Below, piece by piece: positions 12,756 to 25,226 of a DNA stretch of 64,000 nt. The position numbers and the translations under genes are program-made. The notes under the pieces are model-generated. The model did no database searches and was not told where the DNA came from. It worked only from the letters and a program-made list of their open reading frames with translations. Within the stretch, counting starts at the first letter, position 1; every line of letters begins with the position of its first letter. This DNA comes from Podarcis cretensis (Eukaryota), in contig OX638150.1 in the NCBI GenBank assembly GCA_951804945.1, positions 102,858,001 to 102,922,000 of the forward strand. Direction: 5' to 3'.

Positions 12756-14453
12756 TTATTTATATCCAGCCACTCTGGGTGGCTTCCAACCGAATATTAA
12801 AAACAATACAGCATAAATAAATAAAAATCTAAAACACATAGGCATACAATAAACATAATAGAAAGTGCTCTTTACACCAAACAAGCAGTACCCTGCTTCT
12901 GCAAGTACGTACATCACTATGATCATCATTAAAACATTGAACTAACGAAGACCATCAAACCACAATAAACTGGCTGGAAGAAGGCAACAGTTAAGGCAGG
13001 TTCATGAAAGAAAAGGTGCTCTGTAATGTACTAGGTATCAACTTCAACTATTCCCTTTAAATATTCCCATTACCATGTCTATCCTTCCAACAGCCCTGTG
13101 AAATACATTAGGTGTGAAAAAGTGACTTGTACAAGATTGCCCAGTAAACTTAATGGTCATTAAGTTTACAATAAACAACAAAAGCAATCAGAAGAGCCCT
13201 GCCAGGTGGGTCCATTTAGTCCAACATCTTGTTTCTCACAGTGGCCAGATATATATTTCTAGGATGCCCAATTCAGAGCAGGAAGGTGCACTCCCTCACT
13301 CTCTCCTACCTATGCAAGCAACTAGTATTCAGGGGTATACTGTGTCTGAATGTCAAGGTTTCATTATCGATCGCTGCTTATGGCAATTGATAGACCTATC
13401 CTCTACATGGCTGGAATCAACTCTTGATCACACACTGTGACACAGTACAACTAATTAGACTAGGCTAGGCAAAAGTAATGATCTTTGAACAGGGATGAAA
13501 CAGATGTTTTCTGTAGAAGCAAATGCAGGACTGAAAGTTCTTGAAGCATTCTTGGAAAGAACAGGGCAACAACATTGGAAAAACAGGGGAAAAATAACAA
13601 AAGAAAAACAGAAGTGTATGCAGTAATAGCATTTTTTATTCTGATAGGATATGTCAGAGTACAACGTTTCAAGATCATTTTGTGCTATAGGTGTTTGATG
13701 CCATGTATTAATTAATTATGCCCTTGGGTTATTGATTATCAGTTGCATTTTATTTTTATTACTGTGATTTTATTCTTTTGGCATTTTTAATTTGTACACT
13801 GCCATGAGATGGAGTGTAACAGGCTGCATATAAATACCATCATAATATTTTTTTTGGGGGGGATGCATACAAGTTAGAGCTTCTACACTATACAGATAGT
13901 ATGCCTGTGAAACAAGAGCTTAAGAAAAATATACTGACACATTTTAGCATTTTATGCATGTGTGATCATTGCCTTGAACATTTTTTAAAATAATAATAAA
14001 TAAATTGCAGAGGGCAAAAATAAAATTACTGACATTTGCAGCAGGCTGCTCTACAACCTTTATCTATTTATATTTCACCTTTCTGCTTCAAAAGGGGCCT
14101 TCAAGGCAGCTTACGAAAGAACAACAAAATCCAGACATAAAAAACTGAAGTAGTGCACATCACGACAAAGCTACATAAAAATTAAAACAGCCAAAGAGAG
14201 TAGCATTTTAAAAAGACAGACAGGAGAGCTGACACTTATCAGTTATTAAATGCACAAGGAATGTAGAAAAAGGTGTAGACCCACCATTTTTTTTTTTTTA
14301 AAAAAAAAAGCGGGGGAGTTACTCTGGGAAGGACATCTCATGAAGAAACAGGACACTGCCAACGACAAAAAAGGCCCTGTTTCTAGCTGCACCTAACAAT
14401 ATTCTGAAAGTGGAGGTCACTTGGAGCAGGACCTCAAATGCCACACACAGGTG

Positions 14454-15028
14454 GAAGAAAAAGAGTTTGGATTTGATATCCCACTTTATCACTACCCTAA
14501 GGAGTCTCACCCTAAGGTGAGAGCCAGTGTGGTACCCTAAGGAGAGCCAGTGTGGTGTAGTGGTTAAGAGCGGTAGTCTCATGATCTGGGGAACCGGGTT
14601 CGCGTCTCCGCTCCTCCACATGCAGCCGCTGGGTGACCTTGGGCCAGTCACACTTCTCTGAAGTCTTTCAGCCCCACTCACCTCACAGAATGTTTGTTGT
14701 GGGGGAGGAAGGGAAAGGAGAATGTTAGCCACTTTGAGACTCCTTAAAGGGAGTGAAAGGTGGGATATCAAACCCAAACTCTTCTTCTTCTTCTTCTTCT
14801 TCTTCTTCTTCTTCTTCTTCTTCTTCTTCTCCTCAAAGTGGCTAACATTCTCCTTTCCCTTCCTTCCCCACAACAAACACGCTGTGAGGTGAGTGAGACT
14901 GAGAGACTTCAGAGAAGTGTGACTAGCGCAAGGTCACCCAGCAGCTGCATATGGAGGAGCGGAGGCGCGAACCCAGTTCACCAGATTATGAGTCCACCGC
15001 TCTTAACCACTACACCACACCGGCTCTC
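14454..15028 (-). mobile_element. Squam3-like SINE (host copy) split by a nested antisense copy
   Basis: The 3' part (14454-14509) and remainder (14832-15028) join at ggagtctca|aagtggct to give one complete minus-strand SINE. Confidence 0.9.
14542..14830 (+). mobile_element. Young full-length Squam3-like SINE with long (TTC)n tail, nested in the host copy
   Basis: Intact A/B boxes with CpGs retained, ~50-bp pure TTC tail, short ctca duplication at the flanks. Confidence 0.92.
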
Positions 15029-15737
15029 TACACCACGCTGGAAGGATAATCACAACAGAACGGGCAATTGCAAGATTGCCTCTTTTGTTTTAATAGCAAC
15101 TGCTGGGTCCTCTTCAACCCAGATTTGAACCATGGCAGTGGCAAACAGTCCCCACTCCACACTGCCATGGTCATAGTCTAGATCAACCCCCTGACTGCCA
15201 TTTACTTTTTAAAGCAGACACAGAACTACTAATTTTTATGATTATTGATGTATCTGTTTTGAGCTTAAAGAGTGGGCCATGTAGAAGTAGGCAGCCCTTC
15301 ATATATTATTTTTAAAGCACCATTCATTAGTCAGGTTCTATTTTTAATTCGAGTGTGCCTAACATTGGATATGGCTCCCTCTTCCCACCCCCCGAAAAGT
15401 GGACTGACAAATATAATTCCTTCCTCCAAGCACCAGAGTCTCATCACAGAAGTCTTCCTCCAAACACCAACCTGCACCTTCCCTAATGATGATTTAAGCC
15501 TCCAGAGGATGGCTGGCCACTTACATATTCACATATTGTATTGTAAAACGATTATCTCACCAATCCACTCAGTATCAGGATTCTGATGGTGGTCAATGTT
15601 ATAATAGATACAGTGAAGAGGACTTCAGCTATTCAGGCCACAGAAACCAAACAGAAAATGAAATGAAATGGACTATTAGCATAGCACCAGCAACAGTTCA
15701 GCTAAACAAATGTCTTCCTAAAGAATAATGTTTATGC

Positions 15738-16332
15738 TACCTTTTTGAGTAGATTCAATCAGGGGTCAAATATACCTGTCTAGGTGCAGATCTCCACTTC
15801 GGATAGTGTCACCGCAGAAAACATTGTGTGCCTTACCTCCAAAAGCAGCAGCATTCAAGAGTAGACCCTGTGCCGCTGTGGGTAAAACCTCAGCGCCTAG
15901 GACTTGCCGATCACATGGTCGGCGGTTCGAATCCCTGCGGCGGAGTGCACTCCCGTTGTTCGGTCCCAGCGCCTGCCAACTTAGCAGTTCGAAAGCACCC
16001 CCGGGTGCAAGTAGATAAATAGGGGCCGCTTACCAGCGGGAAGGTAAACAGCGTTTCTGTGTGCTGCGCTAGCTCGCCAGATGCAGCTTGTCACGCTGGC
16101 CACATGACCCGGAAGTGTCTGCGGACAGCGCTGGCTCCCGGCCTCTAGAGTGAGATGAGCGCACAACCCTAGAGTCTGTCAAGGTACCTTTACCTTTTTA
16201 CCTTTTTGAGTAGATTCAATCAGGGGTCAAATATACCTGTCTATGCGCAGATCTCCACTTCGGATAGTGTCACCACAGAAAATATTGTGTGCCTTACCTC
16301 CAAAAGCAGCAGCATTCAAGAGTAGACCCTGT
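15738..16332 (+). repeat. 134-bp direct duplication (15738-15871 / 16199-16332) flanking the Sauria SINE
   Basis: The two copies align without gaps, with 4 substitutions counted by eye. Confidence 0.93.
15872..16198 (+). mobile_element. Sauria SINE (slightly 5'-truncated)
   Basis: ggttcgaatccc B box, body tgcaagtagataaatagg...gggaaggtaaac, (ACCTTT)n tail. Collinear with the 24154 copy except for a ~19-bp deletion before the tail. Confidence 0.92.
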
Positions 16333-17651
16333 CCTCAATATCTTAAAACAGACGTTGTCAACATGGTGCCCACGAGTGCACATGCAATTGTGGATGCCTT
16401 CCCTGCCTCCCAAGGGGGTCTCCTCCTGCTCCCCCACCCCCTTCACTGTAGTTTGGCTTGAAAAACAAATTCTGTTATAGCTGATAGAATAGATTTGTAG
16501 TGCATACTTAATTGTGGGATGTGTGAGGGACTCACAACAGCTTATTCCCATTTGCAAGTGTGCAGTTCAGCTCTGTCCTGGAACCAGACTGGAACCAGAC
16601 TATGCAGGTCTTTAAAGTACAATAGCAGCTGCCATTTAAAAAACCAGCACTTTGAATTCAGATCAGAAATGAGCTGTTCTCTTTTGTTGCTGCTATAGGG
16701 TTAAGTGAATATTGGTGCGGAGGGGGGGGAGTTAGTATGTATATATTTATTTTTAACCTTCACATAATCTTTAACATTCTGTTAGGACAACACACTTAAG
16801 CACCCCATCTGTACAATTCAGCATTTTGTATTGCTAGAGGAACAATCTGTTACCGAAGTATCCCCCCCTCTGCAAAACTCCCCCCCCCCATGATAACATG
16901 CATCATACTCCCAAATGGAAGAGCACAGGTTTGTGACAGGAGTGTTTACTGAAGCTGTCTTCAGCATGTCAAACAAGCAGCCATATTTTTCTTGAAAAGG
17001 CATATAAACAAACCTGGCACATATATGTGTTATTTTACATATATACATTAAAAAAAAATATCTAAGCATAGCATGTTCCTTACATCTCTGAGATTTGGTT
17101 TTATTTCTGTGATCTCCATGGAGACAAGTTAATCACTTAACCATCTGGTAATCCTTCTCCAAAGTGCATCACAGCTGCTACCTAGCATTTCGTAATCAGG
17201 GCTCTCTCTCTCTCATTCATACAGAAAAGGTACACACAGCTGCTAAACCAGCCTTTTTCAGTTAACATTTATAGTTCATATTTCTCACTGTCCTTCTCTA
17301 TCAAGCTTTTACTGCCGAAGTGTTTTACTTATTAATTTGTATCTTTTTTTATATGCCACCCCTTGTGCAAACCATAGGGAGGTTTACAACAAAGCAAATA
17401 GATTTTTTAAATAAAATAATAATCCATAAAATCAAGTAAAACAATGCAATCCTTTAAAAACATGTAATAATAAATCACTAAATAACTACCGCTAATATAG
17501 CAGCAGCAATAAGGTCTCCCCCTCAAAGCACCTGTCAGAAAAAGATGTTTATTAGCCACCAAAACCTATAGAAAATTTGAAAGCAGGCAGAAAGGCAGGG
17601 AGCATGCTACACATGGACATCTGACCTCTCCTCTAACTGGAACTTAGGTAC

Positions 17652-18262
17652 TGTCACAAAGCCTGCTGGGCAGTAATTGCACAGTTCAAAGTTGGAGTTA
17701 ACTCTTTAGTAGCAAAAAATACAATTTCCACAGACTTGGCAGAGTGCCAGGCCTAAAGAGCACAGCAGCTCATTCCCAGTGGTCTTACTCCATGAAAGTC
17801 AGTTGTCAAGACTGAAAGTTCCTGCCTCCCCACAACCATCTAAGTCCTCTCCTCTCCAGGGCTTTCCCCAAGCAATCAGAGACTGTGCCTCCATGCAGCC
17901 AACCTCTCCTCTGCCCTTTTCATGCCTCTCCTGGTTCTGGGAGACAGAGGGTAGGGGAACTTGTTGCGGCAGAAGGGGGAGACACCTGTAACTCTTCACC
18001 AGCTGGACATCTCTGACTCCTGGTCTACTTCCTCCCATGCACCAGATTCAGTTTCTGATTCTGGACTTCTCTCTGCCACAGATTCTCCCAGCTCACTAAG
18101 TCCTGTTACCTCTAAGTTTCCAACATCTCCTCTTCTCATTCTTTTCTCTTTGACCCTTCATCATTCTTCCACCACCATTCCCCAGGCTCTGAGCCTTCTT
18201 CCCTTGGTGGTTCCTGAGCTAGTTCCTCCCACCATTCCTCTGTGTCCAACCAGTCCATGACA
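17652..18262 (-). mobile_element. Solo LTR (probably Gypsy-type)
   Basis: TGTCA...TGACA termini, exact 5-bp TSD GGTAC (17647-17651 / 18263-18267). Purine-rich minus strand with a degenerate polyA signal near 17705. Confidence 0.8.
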
Positions 18263-19528
18263 GGTACTTAACTTGAGAGAACTCATATTCATCCATTGTG
18301 AGTTGCAAATTACAATCTAGCCCTAATCTAGCCAAAACCGATGCAGGTTTACCCTGTTGTGGTGTAAGCCAATGTTTTGACTACAATAAATTAAGTGGCA
18401 TCTGGCAAGTGAGGAAGAGTTACCATCTATGTCCCACTTGCTTCCAAGAACTCCTCAGTCCAACAAACTGCACAGTAAAAAAAACACTATTCAACAGTGT
18501 AAAATTTCATCAGCTCTAAATGGAAAGACTGTCCTGCCACCTCAGTGTTTCTTAACCACCAGTTCAACCCTTAATTCAACCCTGCAAAATAAAATAATTC
18601 CAGAATAATGGACAGGCTTTTCTCCAGCACTTGTACAGCATGGTGATCACTGTCTTGGAACAGCAACAAGGTACCTCTCATATAGTGCAAGGAGATGAGA
18701 TGAGTCAAGTGTTCAGCACAGTAGATCATAGTATTCGTCCTACCATTAGATATGATGAGGCAGCCTGTCTCAAGCAGGTACCAAAGCTCATCTTTGGCAG
18801 AACTTGGGTGCTGGCCAGCAACAAAAAACATTTTAGTCCTTTTCATTCTTCTGCAAGGATTTCTTTTTTCTCAGCCATAGCCCCTTAAATCCAATTTTGG
18901 GGGGGGAAAGTAAAATGAAATGGCACCAAATTGCCATCAAGAAGCAGTTACTGATTACTGCCTAGCCATTTGTCATTATTTATAGCAAACACAGATGAGG
19001 TATCAGTTTCCTATGCATCTTTGCTGCAGCTGTAGGCTTCCAGCACCAGTAGCATCTTCAGTTCTGAATAATAAGGACAGAATTAGGAACAACTGAGAAT
19101 AAGTTATCCTTAATTATTTCAAATATATAATGTAGTAAAAACCATTACCTTTTGGGTATCTGTGTTTGTGAAGCCAGGTGTGAATCAGTAATTGCCATCC
19201 TTTTGCAAAGCATCATCACCAAGAGTAAATTATTGCTTACACAATGCAAGAGGCACTGGCCTTATGATGTTAGAAAGCCAGGAAACTGTAACATTCATTG
19301 GTAAATCTGAAGAAATGCCAACAGTCACAATCTTTTCCATGCATGTATGCATCTTTTTGCATTAAATATAATTGCATGTGTTTTATTAAAAATGTCAGAC
19401 AAATCATTAAAGTATCAAGTAGTTAAAGCATGATTCATCATGTGATGGCTAACATTTTAACTTATTTATATAGCGCAACCTGATTTGGGCAGTTACCACC
19501 CTCATAACATTCAAACTTGACATGGTTA

Positions 19529-19770
19529 CAGTGGTACCTCAGGTTACATACGCTTCAGGTTAGATACGCTTCAGGTTACAGACTCCACTAATCCAGAAAT
19601 AGTGCTTCAGGTTAAGAACTTTGCTTCAGGATGAGAACAGAAATCGTGCTCCGGTGGTGTGGCAGCAGCAGGAGGCCCCATTAGCTAAAGTGGTGCTTCA
19701 GGTTAAGAACAGTTTCAGGTTAAGTACGGACCTCCAGAACAAATTAAGTACTTAACCCAAGGTACCACTG
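19529..19770 (+). mobile_element. Tc1/mariner (pogo/Tigger-like) MITE, copy 1
   Basis: TA|cagtggtacctc...ggtaccactg|TA; 242 bp. Confidence 0.93.
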
Positions 19771-20884
19771 TATTTGTTCCAAGATAAAATGAACTCAAAA
19801 GTCCCTCAAAGGATTTTTTGGTATTGCTTTCGACTCACTTATCATTGGATTTAACTACTTGGACATGTAGGCAAGACAGAGGTTGAATTGTGTCTAGGGA
19901 ACTGGTTTCAGGAAGGCAGGTTATTAAGTAAACAAACCACAACAAAAGTGTAGATCATTACTCCACTGTCATCTAGGTTACTGCTCCTAAAATGCTTGTC
20001 ATTTTTTATTTTATTTTTAGTGTAATGTGGTGGGGAGAGAGTAGCTTACACGCAATGTGACTATCATTATATTCAGTCTCTGAAGCATGAAAATGATTTT
20101 TTTAAAACAGAAAAACAGCTTGATTCCTAAAGAACAGCCAATCCCTCTTGCTTTATTGGCCCCTACAACTGTTCATGGAGGGCTGAAAGGGCAAGTGGGA
20201 GGATGGGTGTCTCCTCTTCAAAAACATTTAGTAATTATGCACAAGAAATAATTCTGGTGTGTTCAATGAGTCATATGCGCGACATACAATGAGTATGCCC
20301 AAAAGAGCTCAATCAAAGCCTAATTCACCCCAGCAAAAGGCTAATCGGCTTACACAATAGCATCACCTTACAGAAACAAATATTACTGCAAGCTTCACCA
20401 AACACTAGTTGGCAGAAAAATCCCAATTTATATTCACATCAGATCTTTTACTTCAAGGAGACTTACATGGCCACAAAAAACAAGGTGATGCTTCCTCATC
20501 CCACCCCATGGCCTTCATGAACACAGATGATCAAGCTGGATAGCCATAAGAGACACACTTTGGTCTTTCAAATTCCAGTGACGCCCTGCATGAGGGCCTT
20601 TCATTCTGCTCAATTCACTATGCTATAGTTGTGGTGCTCTGCAGTGCCCCCTGGGCTTGGCATCCAGTGCAGCAGAACCGTTCGTACTGCCCTAAATCCG
20701 CCTCTGGGACATGAACTGATAATTACCGTATTTCAGAAATACTGCTTTGTCCACTATGTTATGCAATAGGATGTGCCTCTGTTATCTGGAACTTTGTGTT
20801 TCATCTAATAGCGGGGCGTGTACATATGCTGAACTGTTCATCAACAGTTGTTTCATGCCATCCTCCTGAACCAAACCTCTACCC

Positions 20885-21020
20885 CAGGCATAGGCAAACT
20901 CGGCCCTCCAGATGTTTTTGGACTACAACTCCCATGATCCCTAGCTAACAGGACCAGTGCTCAGGGATGATGAGAATTGTAGTCCCAAAACAACTGGAGG
21001 GCCAAGTTTGCCTATGCCTG
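20885..21020. mobile_element. 136-bp hAT MITE (actacaactccca family)
   Basis: TIR caggcataggcaaact / agtttgcctatgcctg, exact 8-bp TSD CTCTACCC. Degenerate relatives near 10550, 27815, 38340 and 46880. Confidence 0.92.
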
Positions 21021-22235
21021 CTCTACCCCTCCACCTGAAATCAAATTCCTACTCCTGTAGCAATAATGGTGTTGGCATGCAAACAAACCATCAAACAGAA
21101 AGCATACATTTGAACTTTGTATACAAGCTGATAGAATTTTCCCATAGGAGTGGTAGGGGTAAACGTTTAAGCAGATGTGCATTGGAAATAGGAAAACAGC
21201 TGAATGCTATAAAGGAAGGACTGAGAAACTCTGCAACTGAGTATCCAACTCTGTGAAACCTAAAGCACACATTGTAAGGTAAACATAGAATTGTAGAGTT
21301 AGAAAGGACCCAAAGTCCAAACAAACTGCAATGCAGGGACATTCTGATTTGGATCTTAACTTTCCTTTCTTCTGCAGTTCCCTGAACACAGGCTCTTGGG
21401 GATTGGAGGGCCTTTTGGAAACTACAGAGATAAGGTGATAGGCAGAAATACAACCCACCCACCCCTTTAGTAATTTAAGTTACTCTCGTCAGTCTTCTGT
21501 TGTAAGCATCCAAAATCAGCCAATGATCCAATAAAAACCATACCAAGTCAAAAAAATGAGAATTGCATAACAAAGATATATTTTGTTGAAATTTTGGAGA
21601 GCCATTATAAATGTTGAGATACATCATTTGATGACTTTACATCTCATCAACCAGCAGTGCAACTTTTATGCAGGTAAAACAAATTATGCCGTGTATAGGA
21701 AAAAGTAGTGCCTTGGGCTGCCAGAACTTTGTTTAATTGTGTAGATGGTTTTCAGAAAAGCTTCTGTGTGTGCATGGTAAGTGGTCATTTCTCCCCATGC
21801 CTTTGCATAATGGATATCAGGTTTGAAAGAACACATTTGATAGAACAGCACAGAATCAGATTTCAAACGCTTCACTGAAGTTTTCCCCCTTTAATTGTTT
21901 CATTATATGGTGAAGAAACAAAAGTGGGTGAATCAATATGCATAATTATAACATCTAAATGCTGAAAAAATTAGTCAACGGACTCTTATTTCTCTCAGGA
22001 GGGAGGATTAATCTTCCTTTCCCCTATTTCAAAAGTCTTCCAGCGGGGAAGGGTGTGTGTGTGTGGAATGAAGAGCTTATCACCTAGGAAACATATGGTC
22101 TTAATCGCACAGGTCTGGCACACTCTTGGATTTTCAGTCAGCAAGAGGCTCTTATTTAACTGGTCTCTTCAGAAGTACAAAAATAGGTGATTTAACTTAT
22201 TTTAACTATTTCTTTTTTGGCAACTGAAGTGGAAA

Positions 22236-22244
22236 ACACACACA

Positions 22245-22287
<43 letters not shown>
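22236..22287. repeat. (CA)n microsatellite
   Basis: Direct reading. Confidence 0.95.
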
Positions 22288-22290
<3 letters not shown>

Positions 22291-22496
22291 TCCTTGGATG
22301 AAAACAGGCAGTCAGTGCAGGTGATGGCTTAGGGAAGAGATAATGAGATACAAAGCTTATTTTGTACCTTGTGCCTCGGTACATGCTTCACAAGTGTCCT
22401 CCCATTGTGAGGAGTTGGGCTTTCTGCAGTTCTGAATAGACTTTCAGCCTTATTTGTTTCGATTTGTGTTCGATTTAGGAATACTAAGGGCCATGT

Positions 22497-22751
22497 CTCC
22501 TGCCAAACTAGCAGTTTGAAAGCACGTCAACGTGCAAGTAGATAAACAGGTACTGCTCTGGCGGGAAGGTAAACGACATTTCCGTGTGCTGCTCTGGTTT
22601 CGCCAGAAGCAGCTTAGTCATGCTGGCCACATGACCCGGAAAAACTGTCTGTGGACAAACATCGGCTCCCTCGGCCAGTAAAGCGGGATGAGCGCCGCAA
22701 CCCCAGAGTCGTTCACGATTGGACTTAACTGTCAGGGGTCCTTTACCTTTT
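22497..22751 (+). mobile_element. 5'-truncated Sauria SINE
   Basis: Sauria body and cctttaccttt tail; 12-bp TSD taagggccatgt (22485-22496 / 22752-22763). Confidence 0.9.
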
Positions 22752-23463
22752 TAAGGGCCATGTTTAAGGTTTTTCAAGGTGCAACTTTTATGTTGGAGGG
22801 TTAAACTTCAGCTTGACCCTCTCCTGTTGAAATCTGTGGGAGTTAAGAAGCAGTGAAGATTGTTGGGGTTGTGTGTAAGGAGACCTTAGCAAAGAAGTCA
22901 ACGAGATGGCTCCTATAGGCAACAATACACCTGACAGCACCAGTATTTTGCCCAGGACAGTTCTTAGTCACTATCCTCTCAAAAATTCACAGTGTGCAAG
23001 AGGCTATCTGCTATTTCGACTCAATTCCCATCTGCACTAGCTCAGCCTCTCCAGCACTGAACATACCAACTCCAGCCGTGATAGAAAAATCAGTGCCCTA
23101 ACTGTACATGAAGCAAGTGTGGACCAATGATGAAGAAGGCATCGCTTGGTGATTATATTGAATACTGAAAATAAAACACAGAATAGAATGAGGCTTTGAA
23201 ATAATTGGGTTATGTAAGGACATAAGAGGAGCCCTGCTGGATCAGACTAAAGACTCATCTAGCCCTGTTTCTCAGTGGATGGTGAGATGCTGATGGAAAG
23301 CCCGCAACCAGGACATCACATGTTCAACAATATTCTCCCTACTTTGTGATTCCCAGAGACTGGTATTCACAAGCAAGCTGCCTTCAACAGTGGAGGTGGA
23401 AGCTACCTATTGCAGCTAATAGCCCTTGATAGCTACTAGCCACCTAACTTGTCTAATCCCCCT

Positions 23464-23645
23464 TTAGTTGGAATCTCTTTTCTTGTAACTTGAAGTCATT
23501 GATTCAAGTCCTACCCTCTGGAGAAGAGAAAACAAGCTTGTTCCATCTTCCATGTGACAGCCCTTGAGATATTTGAAGGTGACTATCATATCCTCTCTCA
23601 GTCTCCTCTTTCCCAGCCTAAACAAAGCCAGATCCTTTAGCTTGA
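23464..23645 (-). mobile_element. CR1 RT C-terminal fragment
   Basis: Translation LFRLGKRRLREDMIVTFKYLKGCH matches the CR1 ORF2 motif LFSLEKRRLRGD. Confidence 0.85.
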
Positions 23646-24153
23646 GAAGGTGTGCTCTCTCTTCGTAGGGTACAAGAGGCACTAGAATTCCCCGGGAAAG
23701 GAAACTTAAGTTGAGTTTTAAAGCCTAAATGATCTAACAACTCCACCAACTCTCCCACAGAGATTCAGAAAGCAATATAGCAAGGAACCCCTGGGGAAAG
23801 CTACTGAAATGGGTTACTGCAGCTCATTTTAAAACTTTAAAATAAACTGAACAGGCAAATCTTACTAAGCTGTTAAAGGGTGTGTGTGAAAGAATGCCTT
23901 AATACCTAGAGTGAAAGAATAATGAAGAAAGTAGGGCTAATGTATCTCCCACAGGAGCAGTGATTCTCAAAAGGGCTCTGTAAACTCTTGATGTAATGAG
24001 ACTCTTATCAGGTAAAAAAAGGGCCGAGTGAGAACTATTTCTCTTTTAAAAAATATTCCAGAAAGGAGCAACTGGATAAAGAGTACTGTACTTTGAAAGA
24101 CGCAGGTGGCGTCTTTATCCAGGAGCAACTGGATAAAGAGTACTGTACTTTAA

Positions 24154-24519
24154 GGGACGCAGGTGGCGCTGTGGGTTAAAGCCTCAGCGCCTAGGGCTTG
24201 CCGATCGAAAGGTCGGCGGTTCGAATCCCTGCGGCGGGGTGCGCTCCCGCTGCTCGGTCCCAGCGCCTGCCAACCTAGCAGTTCAAAAGCACCTCCGGGT
24301 GCAAGTAGATAAATAGGGACCGCTTACCAGCGGGAAGGTAAACGGCGTTTCCGTGTGCGGCTCTGGCTCGCCAGAGCAGCGATGTCACGCTGGCCACGTG
24401 ACCCGGAAGTGTCTCCGGACAGCGCTGGCCCCTGGCCTCTTAAGTGAGATGGGCGCACAACCCCAGAGTCTGTCAAGACTGGCCCGTACGGGCAGGGGTA
24501 CCTTTACCTTTACCTTTTT
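24154..24519 (+). mobile_element. Full-length Sauria SINE
   Basis: gggacgcaggtggcgctgtggg head, B box, (ACCTTT)n tail. TSD tactttgaaaga (24089-24100 / 24520-24531) with a complex 5' junction. Confidence 0.95.
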
Positions 24520-24639
24520 TACTTTGAAAGAGGCCAAGAAATTCAGAATCTAATTGCACCTGACTACAGCAAGCTTTCACCTCTTCCAGTCATGTCTAAA
24601 GCTGGGGTGAGGGCAAAACACAAAGTGGTTGGTGGTGGC

Positions 24640-24850
24640 AGAACCAGGGTGGTATAGTGGTTAGAGGGGCCTGGGAGATCAGGGTTCAGTCCCATCCCCC
24701 CCGCCATGAAGCCCACTGAATGACTGCTGGCCAAGTACTGTCTCTCAGCCTAAGTTCCTCCACAAGGTTACCATGGGGATAAAAGAGCGAGGGTGAGAAA
24801 TGCATACAGAACCTTGAGCTCTTTGCAGCAAAAGTGTGATATAAATGTGT
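24640..24850 (+). mobile_element. Old MIR/CORE-type SINE
   Basis: ggtggtatagtggttagag...cagggttc...ggccaagtactgtctctcagcctaa; a similar decayed copy lies at ~53130-53315. Confidence 0.6.
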
Positions 24851-24980
24851 TAGCAGAGGGAGTGAAGATAATGACAATAACAACTGCATTAATTGAAATT
24901 TCCCCTGAAGGGCTCTAAATAACCCTTGTTCCTCCTTCAAGTAGTTGTGACGACAGGGAGAACCATGAATGACACCTTCA

Positions 24981-25190
24981 TTTTTTTTTAAAATATTTTT
25001 TATTAAATTTTCACATTTTATAAAGACAAACATACACACACAAAGACAAAGACAACACGTATAACATTTCATAACCTTACTTTCCTAACCCCAGTTCTTG
25101 ACCTCCCCCCACCCCCCCTTCATACATCCTAGTTCAGTTACATTAACTCAGCAAATTCAAATCTCTCATCCATTGCATATTATTACTATA

Positions 25191-25226
<36 letters not shown>

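Noticed and set aside
14319-15128. Poly-Lys and poly-Leu ORFs
   Set aside because: Translations of the (TTC)n SINE tail and SINE bodies.
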